From Iphione sp. A-MEVVRFRX5 (Eukaryota): 64,000 bases of DNA. The stretch lies in NCBI GenBank assembly GCA_976226885.1, contig OZ320315.1, forward strand, positions 97,402,001 through 97,466,000. The letters are read 5' to 3'. The position numbers and the translations under genes were made by a program. The stretch's first letter is position 1; the number at the start of each line of letters is the position of its first letter. Below, in pieces: positions 1-11,150 of this stretch. The notes beneath the pieces were generated by a model. That model saw nothing but the letters and a program-made list of their open reading frames with translations, ran no database searches and was not told the origin of the DNA.

Positions 1-302
1 ATGTCACCACAGAAAACTAGACCATATTCAATGATGGGGATCATGCTCGGTGCTATCAGTAAAGCTCTGCTTATCCCTACATACTTCTTTATCTCTCTAA
101 GGTGGCACAGTTTCAGGTAACCTTTGGTAGTCAGATTTTGTAGGTGTGATGCAAATTTTAACCTCTCGTCTTGTATCACTCCTAGTTCTTCCCCTTTGTA
201 TTGTAGTGTTTGCTTTGTGATTCTATTGCTGTATGTGAAGTAGTTTTTCATCCATCGAAAGTAGCGCCCGAGGTTCAAGTCCCTCAGTTTACACAATAGT
301 AC

Positions 303-1651
303 CTAATGGCATACGCTATCAAATGCTTTCTCAAAATCCACAAACACACAGGAAACATTATGCCCTTGGCTCAGGAGGCAGTGCATCTCATCTGTCAACT
401 TGCTGATTACTAGGCCAGTTCCTCTTGACTTCCGAAATCCATACTGCTTATTTGTTATCTCTAGATACGTGTAGATTCTGCTGTGGATTAGGTGCTCCAG
501 AACTTTGCTTGGGTAGTTGAGAATACTGATAGGCCTGTTATTACCCAGTAGGTTTTTGTTTCTTTTTTTGAATATCGGTGTAACTCTTGACCTTGTGGGT
601 ACTGTGGCATGGATAATCGAATTGTTAAACATATTAGTAAAAAACCTACTTTTGAGTATCATTAACTTCTGCACGTATGTCCCTCGGAGGCCACAGATTC
701 CACTGGCTTTCAACCCATTAACTCCTTTAGCTGCTTTAATCAGTTCGTCCTCAGAAAACCTAGGGAATGTCAGTTCGCTGTCATTAGGCCATGTGTGTGT
801 ATAACTCTGGTTCATCTCTAGTGCTATACATTCATGAACCGATTCATGAACTCTTTTTTCTTATTTCGATGCCTGATCTAAAAGTTGCGTATTCATCGAT
901 ATTCACCCAGGCTTATATATCAGCAGATACTCGTCTGGACTAAACAGGGCATTTCAAGTCTGCTACCTCCGTAATACTTGCCTCAATGATGTACCATACC
1001 TCATCCAAATCCGTCTTGCTTGCTAGCCCCTCCCAATCTAGTCTAGTAATTAGCTCAAGGAAATGTAGTGCTTTTACTGTCTGTATGTAGTGTGCTTTAA
1101 CTGTCCTGTTCAGCGTGCTTTTGATCATTTTGTGAACACTATAGCGTTTATCCTCCACTTGTACCCCCATTTCTCCTATTGCGCAGTTTGTCAAGACTAG
1201 GTCTATTTTAGTGGAGCTGGTTGCTCGGGGGGCGGTAGGCATTACATAGCAATAGCTTGTGTGTGTCCAATCAACATTGAGGCCAATTTTTTTTCTATAT
1301 TCTCAGTGATCCTACTCTTAGTGTCTATCAATTCAAAGCTGGGTGACAGTCGGTCAGCAATGTAGACTACGAGACCCCCTTCATTTTTCTATCTAGTCTA
1401 TGCATGGTGTAACCCGGTATTTCCAGTAGACCTGAGACTATGCCTTCTTGGAGCCATGTTTCCGTAAGCAGATATACATCACCTTTGTCTCTTGAGACCA
1501 TTATCAGAAATTCTTCCCAATTTTTTGTCAGACTGCATATAGATAGCAACATATTAAATGTAGACAGGATTTTTGTACAACAATCCCAAGATTTTGCATC
1601 AGCGTCAACGATGATAATGCATTTGTTGAGGATGTGTAATGCACTATGCAT
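303..1651 (-). pseudogene. Decayed CR1/L2-type LINE ORF2 (APE + N-half of RT), truncated
   Basis: APE motifs LLTETWL and IPGY..HRLDR at 1367-1560. RT motifs VTPIFKK, NRPISIL, QYGFRK and FVDFEKAFDSVCH at 303-815. Broken by stops and frameshifts. Confidence 0.85.
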
Positions 1652-1974
1652 ATGACTTGATGTTTGTGTGTGTATGTGGTGGTTTTTGATGGCATTTCAT
1701 TGGCTGAAAACATTGACAAGGGCAGTAAACATGAACATAGAGAATACAGCAGTTTTCTGATTGTGATTACATGCATAAGAGTATATCATATTCTGTTACT
1801 TATCTCGTTTTCTGTTGTTACCCCCATTGCTGTTATTGCTTGTACTCCCATAGTCTGATCATAGCTGTTTCAATATGGCCAACAGCCACCGGTAGCCATT
1901 GGCAGCAAAGGTGACAGCCGTCCCTGAGTCTTACATATCGATGACGCCAATGGCCATTGTTCCTACTGTTGATA

Positions 1975-2470
1975 GTTGACATTCAAGCTGAAAGCTATAA
2001 CCATACATACCACCAAAGTATTGGGATATCTCCAGATGAAGTTGATAAGCAAAATGAAACCTCCTGGGGATGGCCATATCTGATTGGCCATATCTTTCCA
2101 AGAAAAATGATAAAAAATTCAATTTTAAGTGGGAGATTATTTAAGAATTACTCATTTTAGAAAACCATTCAGTCGGGACTATGATGAAAAATGCTCAGGG
2201 GAAATATTTAAAGTAGCTAAATATTTTAAAAGGAAGGGCCTGCCAATCTATAAATTGATTGGCTTTCTGGATGAGCAAGTATCTGGAACATTCTACCAAG
2301 AGGAACTACAAAAAGTAGCTAAAAATGATTTTTGGAAGATAGAAAAAATTATCAAAGAAAAGGGCCATGGCCCAAACAAAATGGTATGTGAAGTGGCTCT
2401 ATTGGCCAAACAAATTCAACCAGTGGATCAAAGCATCAGAACTGCGGGATGTATAACTGATAAGGAATAT
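1975..2470 (+). pseudogene. Polinton/Maverick integrase C-terminus with chromodomain (fragment)
   Basis: YNHTYHQSIGISPDEV, GDYLRI...F...Y......EIFKV, SGTFYQEELQKV, and after a frameshift VKWLYWPNKFNQWIKASEL. These match the typical Polinton integrase tail and chromodomain. Confidence 0.75.
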
Positions 2471-3049
2471 CACAGTAGAAAGCTGACATTATTATTTTGT
2501 TATCCCTCTGGCCCCTGGCGAGCTATTAATTTAGTTGTAAACCATAGTGCATTGGTGGTTACTAATTGTAGTCAAAAGCTGGTTTTCTTCCCATAGGCTG
2601 GAATGGAAAAAGTCTATGCAAAAGTACCATATGCCTATGAGCCTTGGTAGTCATAGATGAATATTCCATATCCAAAGAAGTCACAGACAACTAATGGATG
2701 AAGAAAGCATTTCATTATCCCTTTATCCATGAGATGCGAGATGGCCACAAAGGATATTTGAGAAAAAGTCTATGTGGTTGTCCTTACTCTTCGAAGATCC
2801 TTCCAGATACAAAAAATAAAAATAAAGAAATAAAAAAAATGTATATAAAGACATTAGATTGACTTATTCCATAGTTAGATTATGCTAACAGAGGGGGAAA
2901 CATTAAGTGGACCCACTCTGTAGGCTTTGATAGGTAAGAGATGCTTGATATGGGGTGACCTTCACGTGGTAAGCATCGTCAGTAGTATGTTGTTTCATAT
3001 GAAGCTAACAACCCCATAACAATATTTCCCTTGGTGGGATTAAAAATAT

Positions 3050-3330
3050 TTGTGTAGGGCAATTCCCACTCCCTATCTGGGTTGGTGACACTTCATCATA
3101 TTTTTTCATAGGCAACTTGAATTTGTTGAGGAGGAGATTTGGAACCAGATAAATTTTGTTGTGAGTGGATATGTGGGCTCACCCCGAGCAGTACGAGACA
3201 TGAGATCATTAACTCCAGCAAAAATCAAAACCATGCAATATGATGGTAGCTCAACTTGATCAAGTTTAACACCAGGCTGAGCAAAGATAATAATTCTTAT
3301 GTTATTGAATGCCAGGTCATTGAGCAATCT
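3050..3330 (-). pseudogene. SGNH/GDSL-fold fragment
   Basis: RIIFAQPGVKLDQV...MVLIFAGVNDL resembles SGNH blocks II/III (PG...GxND). Frameshifted. Confidence 0.4.
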
Positions 3331-3489
3331 TTGAAGACAGTCAGGATTTTTGCAGTCAGGATTTTTGCAAGGGCTGATGGGTCTGCCATCGGTAAATTAG
3401 AATCAGATGGATAACTAATTAGATTTCACTCACTATATTGGATAATAATTCATGGAGCAGATTTTTTCCTGACCATTCTACAAGAGTAG

Positions 3490-4530
3490 GCATTTTCAAT
3501 CCTGCTGGTGCCAGCCTGGCCCAACCGGGCTTGGTTCAGCAGAGTGCTGCAGTTGGCTTATGCTCCGCCCCACTATTTTGCAAATCCAGGTTCAACACCC
3601 TGGACCATCTCGGTTGGCCGTCCAGTCTAGGGGCTATAAAAGTTATGGCCCTTCTTTGCTGAACGCAGTGTTAGACCGCAAAGATTTGTTGACTGCCACC
3701 TCTAGGGCAATGATGCTGTGTTCTTGGCAGCCAAAGACCCAGTTATTGTATAATACATACCTTAAAAGGTGGAATACTCTGTGTTTCCCGAAGAATTGAG
3801 ATCCACTGCATCCTACTCTTAAGCAGGGTATGCTTTCCTCATGACTATGTTCGACAGGGGTATCAGGTATAGTGCTTTGAACACGGCAAGAAGTGCTCTC
3901 TCGGCAATTTTTCCCATGTTTGATGGAGTTGCTTTTGGGAAGCATCCTGATGTTGTGAGGCTTCTCACTAGTTTTTTCAATGTAAGACCTCCTGTTTCCC
4001 GTGTAGACTATACTTGGGACATGTCCAAGGTGCTTGATTTCCTGAAATTGTGGGAACCTCTGTCTTCCATGCAATATGCTGCTTCTTTTGGCTACCAGCG
4101 GACTATTTGCAATATTCAGCTTTCAAGCATTCATGATACTGGAGATGGGTCTTTGCAAATTGTCTTCACCAAGACTCTGACACAATCCAGGAAGGGCAGG
4201 TGTGTCTCAAAGTTGAAGCTGATGCCTTTTGTAGCACAACCTAAAGTTTGTGTGGTGAGGTGTCTTAAAGAGTACATCTCAAGAACAGATACTTTGCATG
4301 ATAATCAGGGACATGATGCTCTTTTCATCTCCTTCACTAGTTGCCATAAGTTGGTGGCCACTGCCACATTGGCCAGGGGGACAAAAGAGGTCATGGCGTT
4401 GTCAGGTATTGACACGCAGGTGTTCTCCGCGCATTGCTAAGATGGGAATACCTTTGTCAGAAATTATGAAGAGGGGCATGTGCAGTCATGCTTATACCTT
4501 CAAGTTGTTGAAGGAGGACAGTCCTCCAAC
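3490..4530 (+). mobile_element. DIRS1-type retroelement 3' part: MT-like domain end + tyrosine recombinase, decayed
   Basis: ILLVPAWPNRAWFSRVLQL, SWQPKTQLLYNTYLKRW, YSALNTARSALS, FGKHPDVVR, YTWDMSKVLDFL, CVVRCLKEYISRT, GIDTQVFSAH, GIPLSEIMKRG. Confidence 0.85.
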
Positions 4531-4584
4531 ACGAGCCTCTTAAAGGTCAGAGGCAGGGACAGTTTAACCTGCTCTATTCTGTGC

Positions 4585-5330
4585 TTAATGAGAGCCTGGT
4601 GGGCAGATCTGGACTAGGGCATCCACCAGCGCATCTTGGGCAGACCTTGCCCTAGTGTGCTGCTCTGCTATGGGTGCCACTTGCTCTAGGGCTCTACACC
4701 CTGCGATCATGCCACCCATGATGTCGCCACCTATGCGCTGCAGTGTGCGCTCAGTGGTCTGATGATCTTTGTCCTGGAGATTAGTAAACAAGATATCATT
4801 CAACCGACACACCTGAAGGTGGTCAGTGCCCTCTGGAATCAAATATCTCTTCTGCACATTAGACAGATAGTCCAGCCTGAAGGGGTCCACCAGCTTCACC
4901 GAACAATCAGAAATTGCTGTTTGAAGTGGTGACCCCAACTCCTCTGTACTGGAACGAATCATCCAGCTTAAGCTCCTCCTCCTCCTCCTCCTCATCCCAC
5001 TCCTCTTCATCGGAGGCAGGATGTTGCTGCAGCCAATGCTGTTGCTGCTGTCTTTGCTGCAGTTGCTGCTCATGCTGCCGCTGCTGCTGCTCATGCCAGT
5101 ACTGCTGCTGTTGTTGCAGCACAGAACTCAGCAAATACGCAGTGTGATCCTGCTGCTGTCTCTGCTGAGACTGCAGGACCGCCTGCAGGTGTGACTGCAA
5201 CGACGCCTGGAGTTGAGCCATCATGGCCCAAGGGTCTGTCACAGGGGCCACCGGCGGCGGTGGAATGACAACTGGCACTGCTGGCGGAACGGCTCCATAT
5301 GAGGTGGCTTCATGGCCTTTGTGGATGGCT
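4585..5330 (-). pseudogene. DIRS-type gag-like ORF fragment with poly-Q/poly-E tracts (paralog of 13400-14470)
   Basis: LQRIGGDIMGGMIAGCRALEQVA...AQDALVDAL is nearly the same as the copy at 13.7 kb. CAG and GAG triplet runs at 4970-5160. Confidence 0.65.
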
Positions 5331-6149
5331 AATTTCACAATATTTTTCACTTTGAGATATATTTGACGAGCACAAATTGCGACATCTTCATTGATCCACA
5401 CCCCTGTACCACTGATATTTTGCTCAGATTTGCTTTGTTTTTGAATTTTTTCTCTGTCGCAGATGTTGATAAATTTAATGATATAGACGCTTCATTTGCA
5501 TTCTCCTGAGTGACTATTTTACAAATACTGTTGATCATATTTCTCTTGACTATTTTACAAACACTGTTGACCATATTTCTCTTTAAATCTGTGTCACTCT
5601 CATTTTGATGTATTTTTATATCTCCCTTAAGCACTAGTTTGTTGCACCTGCTTTTCATTTCAGCTAGAATGTGTTCATTTTTTAGCTCTTCGACTTCTTT
5701 CTTGCGTTGACAGAGACTAGGGAGTTGATCATGTAACTGAGGCCTGCAAAGTGTATGTGATCAGTAGGTTTTTTTTAGAGCCAAAGATATTGTTACATCA
5801 CACTGAACAGCTTGTTCACCGATTGAAATAGTTTTAATGCTCGTTCCTAAAATGTCAGTGGGTTGAAATGTCAGTGGGTTGATCAGATAGGTGTAGTAGA
5901 CTTATCGGGTGTGCATTGTATCTGATGCACTGTTGCTTTGTCCTGCGGAGCCCGCTCTGAGAGTGACTCATCAACACCAGTAGTGTCCACGCAGTCCTGC
6001 TCCTTCAAACGCTTGGAAGACTGTTGTGATTGTTTGACTCTGGTTTTTGTTGAATATACCTTTTTACCCATTGTGAAGATAGATAATCTGTGTGTGAAGG
6101 ATGACTGTTGTCACTTGTCCAAGTTATAAGGATTAGACACCAAAATAGA

Positions 6150-6450
6150 ACGAAAAACACCTCTCCCCATCTTTTGTTCAGGTCTTCCTGGGTTTCTTTT
6201 CTCATCTTGAGGTTCATGTCTTGGGTGAAACTACGACTCTTGTTTAATTCTGCTACATTACTAATCTGACTCTCAATGATGTGAGCTAGTACCATAAGAA
6301 GACAGCTGACCTCTTAGCAGCACTAACAGTGTGCTCCAGGTGTGCTATTACCTCATCTAGGATATTGTTGGCGTGGTCCCTCTTGATGTGATACATATGG
6401 TCACGGGTCGCTTCATCTTTCGTATACCCTGGTATAGCGACTTGACTCAC
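6150..6450 (-). pseudogene. Possible Ngaro/PAT gag fragment
   Basis: RDHANNILDEVIAHL...LAHIIESQI loosely resembles the gag helix pattern at 35.8 kb and 57.8 kb. Confidence 0.25.
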
Positions 6451-6615
6451 GCCGCTATGGAGAACTGAACTTTTTGCTTTTACTCGCAATGGAGAACTAA
6501 ACCTTTTGCTTTTACATTTTTGCATAATAAAAACTAGGCGGACAGAGTTCCTGGTGCAAGCTGCAGTATGTCACATGGCCTCATTCCAGGTATCGCTGGC
6601 ATTCTCTGACAGATC

Positions 6616-6642
6616 TGATTGATTGATTGATTGATTTTTATT
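6616..6642 (-). repeat. LINE 3' tail: AATAAA + (AATC)5
   Basis: Plus strand reads tgattgattgattgattgatttttatt, about 100 nt downstream of the ORF2 stop. Confidence 0.85.
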
Positions 6643-6740
6643 GTCAAAATTAACATCACCACGACGGAGCTCTTCCGTAATCGACAGTGTGTATCAGATA
6701 CAGAGTTGCGATATCTTATACTATATTTTACATAATTGTG

Positions 6741-9462
6741 TTACATTTTATTAATCATATTTTTAAAACCATGCATTGTTTTACAATCTCTTACATATAT
6801 TGGCAGTAAGTTCCACATATTGGCCCCCTTTTCAAACATCGACCTTCTTATAATACTGTTCTTGGATCTATACATTTTGATACATCTACCACATCCTTGT
6901 CTTGTTTTATTCAGTGATCTTATCAGAATTTGGCCTTTGATGACCAAGTAATGCATGCTTGTTATTGTGCCCCACCAAAGTCTTCTCTTCAGAGTATCAA
7001 TATCCATAGTCAGAATTGGGTTTTGCCAATTACCATCCATATTCTTACAGAACAGCATTCTAGCACTTCTTTTATAGGCTCTCTCTAGTTTTTCTAGGAA
7101 ACGCTTATTGGATCCTACTATTATGGGGGTCAAGTAGTCTATTTGGGGGTAAATGTACAGTTTAAAAAGCATAACATGGATTTTATGTGGGATATACCTT
7201 TTATATTTGCACAGGTTATACGCACTGTACCAGATATTGCTGATTGCCCTGTTTATGGTTTCTTTCCAAGAAAGGATTTCATTTATGATGTACCCCAGGA
7301 TTTTTAATGTACGTTCCCTTTTTAATGTATGTCCACTGTGTGATACAGAATTACATGTTGGTATTGCATTTTTTATAATACAAAAGGCACTTTTCTCATG
7401 GCTTATTATCAAATTATTTTTCTCACACCAGGTTATGGTGTGGGCGTATGCCTTTTCTATGTTTTCATGTAAATTTATAGGTGTCTCCCCAATGACAACA
7501 TATGTTATGTCATCTGTATATAGGGTGATTGATATGCCATCCGGCAGTCCTTCAGTGATATCATTGATACACATGGAGAATCCAATCGGCCTTGGGGTAT
7601 TCCAAATTTTTGATGTAATGTTTCTGATATACGATTATTTATTTCAACATATTGTTTTCTATTGTGGAAATAATCTTTTACTAATGAGATAATATTGCTG
7701 TCAGCCCCCTCTGCTTGTAGAATTTGTACCACCGTGTTACAATTGAGTAGATCAAATGCTTTTGTCAAGTCAAGTAGAACTTCAGTTATTGCTGTTTTAG
7801 TTGAACGGCCAGGTAGGAACCCATGTTGATGTTTAGACCAGAATTTTATATGGAATAGTTCCTCCCTCAGTTGACAACAGAATAGTTTCTCAAATATCTT
7901 CCCAGGCAGTGGTAGGTTACTTATTGGTCGATAGTTGTTGAGTGAAATTTTATGACCTTTTTTGTAAACCGGTACTATTCTGGCCTTCTTCCAAGCCTCC
8001 ATAAATCTCCCAGTGTGGAGCATATTATTAAAAATGTTTGTGATGTCATCTACAAGGATAGAGAATGCATCTTTAATCCATCGACTCTTCATTCCTGTCA
8101 TATTGCATGCCTAACTAATGTCAATTTTACTTAGTTGCTTTATTACATCTTCTGTAGTAAAGGAATGGAATCTCAGCACATCTTTCCCTCTGCGTTGTCG
8201 TCCAATCTTCGTGACCGGTCGGTTGGCGATAGACTTTTTAATTATTTCTATGAAGTGATTATTAAATGCATCTGGAATTTCACATGATAGCATATCAATA
8301 TTGTCTTCAATTATTGTAACTATATTTGAGTGACGCTTATTTCCAAAGAGGTTCTGAAGGGTTTCCCATAGTTTTGAAGTGTTTTTGTGGTTTTTCAGTA
8401 ATACAGAATTATAATACTGTTCATACTCTTTTTTCACTTAAAGTTTGACTTTTTTGTCAAGAAATCTATAAATATTGTAGGCATCCTCATCACGTTGATT
8501 TTTTGCCTTTTTATGAAAATATTTCCTGTCTCGGATAAGTTCTATTAGATTACTACTCAGTGGTACCGTCCTTTTCTTACTGTGTTTACCTGAGTTCCCT
8601 TTCCTTGCCCCTGCCATATTACCCAGTGCTTTATCGATTGCAGGCTTCATGCTGAGCCAGCTGGACTCTGGATCTCCAACATGGTGTGTGATGTCAGATC
8701 TGAATATTTGAAGTTGCTGTTTAATTTTGGTATATGAGTAGCTGGTAATATTGGTTGCTACAGCTACAGGGGCATTGCATAGATTTTTCCATTTGCACCT
8801 GTTTTTTATTGAGCCTGTATTCCTATGAGATTACTGTATGAGTTTACAATAGTAGTGGCATTATTGAACGCTAGGGTATTCATGAATATTAAGTCATTGA
8901 TTTTTTGGTTACCCACCGTAGTACTTCTGTTAATGAGTTGCATAAATCCTTGGTTTGACATGATGCATGATAACTTTTCTATTCGTGGATTTGTGGATAC
9001 CCAATTGATGCTTAAATCACCAATAATAACCACACGATCATTTACAATTGACTGCCCTCTATCAAGGAAGGATTTAAATTCGTTACAGAACTTACCCATG
9101 GGGCCATCTGGTGGTCGATATCGTACTACAACATAGAAGATTTTACATCTTCTAAACACTACACATACCGTTATACATTCAAATAGGTCACAGTTGATAG
9201 ATAGTTCACTGATAACATGTGCATTACACTCATTTCTGATATAGAGCAATATACCACCACCAAGTGATTTTTTCATTGAGACTCTATCTTGTCTAATCAC
9301 CTGGAATCCTTGTAGGCTTAACCGTGAGTCATCGATTTTGTGATTTAACCAGGTTTCAGTGAAGCATGTGATCATACACCTCGATGTTATGATATCATCC
9401 TGAATAATTTTTAATTTTTTAAAAATGCTTCTGACATTGTAATGGCATAGCATGAATTTCAT
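6741..9462 (-). pseudogene. Copy 1 ORF2, APE endonuclease + reverse transcriptase, several stops and frameshifts
   Basis: HYNVRS, FTETWL, GGGILLYI, IIGD (APE). WKKARIVPVYKKG, YRPISNLP, QHGFLPGRST, DLTKAFD, GIPQG, YTDD (RT). Confidence 0.92.
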
Positions 9463-9481
9463 AGCATAGGCAAACAGCGTC

Positions 9482-10018
9482 TTAGTACAGGTAACAATAG
9501 TTGTCAGTTAGAAACCTTTCAATGCGCCTTACCCATGTGTCGGTTACTCGATAGTCAATCTCGTCATCCTTGTTGATCAAGTCACCCCTAAACACTGCAT
9601 TTGTACCAACAATCACATTGACTGGAGAAGCTGTGTCTGGGGTCCCCAGTCCATTTCTATTGTTTATGGCCTCTACCAGGCAGTTATGGATGGAGAAATG
9701 CTTATTCAAGACGCGTTGCTCTGGGGATAGGTAGTTCGTGATTTCCCATAAGTCATAGTCAAGCACCATCTTACTGTCGTACCTTGGTCTCAGCCCCACT
9801 TGTGGATTATATAGGACCGTGTCGTAGAACCCTATATAGATGAAGGTGATGTCGACTCCCACCATCGATGTCTCATTGACTCTTTTGATGATGTCCTTGT
9901 ATTTCCCTTTGGGGATAATGATCATCGTCCAGTTGAAGTAGTCTCCAACGTAGTTTTCCACCAATCTGCCAAAATCTTGGCCCTGGGTGTCTGTTATAAA
10001 ATTGACCCTTGTTGGCAG
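9482..10018 (-). CDS. Copy 1 stand-alone SGNH/GDSL-fold ORF (CTG at the start position, internal in-frame deletion)
   Basis: The frame is open from 10018: LPTRVNFITDTQG...ITFIYIGFYD...ERFLTDNYCYLY. Homologous to 19881-20481. Confidence 0.65.
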   Translation of the reverse strand: MPTRVNFITDTQGQDFGRLVENYVGDYFNWTMIIIPKGKYKDIIKRVNETSMVGVDITFIYIGFYDTVLYNPQVGLRPRYDSKMVLDYDLWEITNYLSPEQRVLNKHFSIHNCLVEAINNRNGLGTPDTASPVNVIVGTNAVFRGDLINKDDEIDYRVTDTWVRRIERFLTDNYCYLY

Positions 10019-10639
10019 AATGAGCCTGCAAAAAAAATATGTAATTTTGCAGGCAGACTCTGAGTATGTCAGTTTTGAACGATATCACAGTTGGTCAGAG
10101 TGAGCTCCCCTCTGATTATTGTGAGTGCTTCTCCTATATAATTCCTACCAGGGCAGGTCCCGGCTGTGACCACCTCATCATACAAACCACACGCACTTCC
10201 ATATGTATTGTGATTTGAAATGTCTAAGATTTTCTTACCTTCGGTGAGTTTCAGATGATTGATGATTCCTTTCTCTTAGTATTTCAATGAGAGTGTCTTT
10301 CTCTGTGTTCTCCCAGTGATCTATGGTTTTGATTGTGGCTCTGTTGCGTCTTACCCGTGTTGGGTTTGCCGACTGTTGGATTTTTCGCGCTGCCTCTGGG
10401 TCATTACATAATCTTGCTTTTGTTACTTGCAATGCATGCTCAGCCGTCCTATGTTCCTCACCATATATGGTAACAGGCGTTGGGTGAAGCATTGATAATT
10501 TGCATGAAGGACCCCTGAATGTGAAAACGTCACTGTTAACAACCATGTTGGCATTTTCGAGCGTTAATCCATGTTGTAGTCTCTCGATTTTTGTGTGACA
10601 GTACAATACTCCTTCAATACATATTGATAGGGCGAAACC

Positions 10640-10674
10640 TTCGAATAAAAATATATTATTATTATTATTATCAG
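10640..10674 (+). mobile_element. 35-nt retro-insertion consisting only of AATAAA + (TAT)n tail, inside copy 1 ORF1
   Basis: ttcgaataaaaatatattattattattattatcag flanked by cc on both sides. Removing it restores GIVGFAL, matching GVSGLAL in copy 2. Confidence 0.6.
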
Positions 10675-11050
10675 CCTACTATGCCAGCTTTGAGGCCCTT
10701 CTTTCTAGCATGATGTGCTATATCATGCAAATTTTGATAAATCTGCCTTGCGTCTCTCGGCACATCCTCTCTTAGATAGATGTAGGCATACTCCTCACTG
10801 TCTCTCAGCTTGTATCTTTTGGAATAAATTTTGTTTCTTGCAGTGACAGTTTTGAACTCCACCTTCACCAGGCGCTCTCTGCCATGCTGGTATACTCCTA
10901 GCCACTCCACCGAGCTAATTTCATGTTCTTTGATTTCCCCATCAATCATATTAGCAATGTCGTAGATCGTCTCCTTTAAGTCGTATTTGGGGTTATCTGG
11001 GAGTCCTGACGCTATCAGATTTTTTCTCCTATCATATGTTTTCTTAGAAA

Positions 11051-11150
11051 GCTCATTATGAATTTGTGGTTTGGGCAGATCATTAGCGAGGGTTTTCACC
11101 TAGCTCATCATGAATTTGTGGTTTGGGCAGATCATTAGCAAGGGTTTTTT
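11051..11150. repeat. Tandem duplication, about 52-nt period, within copy 1 ORF1
   Basis: gctcattatgaatttgtggtttgggcagatcattagc occurs twice. Confidence 0.9.

Noticed and set aside
5510-5585. 37-nt tandem duplication (also short pairs near 3340, 5865 and 15640)
   Set aside because: Ordinary local slippage duplications.
6286-6525. Considered as a hAT transposase fragment
   Set aside because: The resemblance was limited to ILDEVI, with no hAT catalytic or dimerisation motif. A gag origin is at least as likely.
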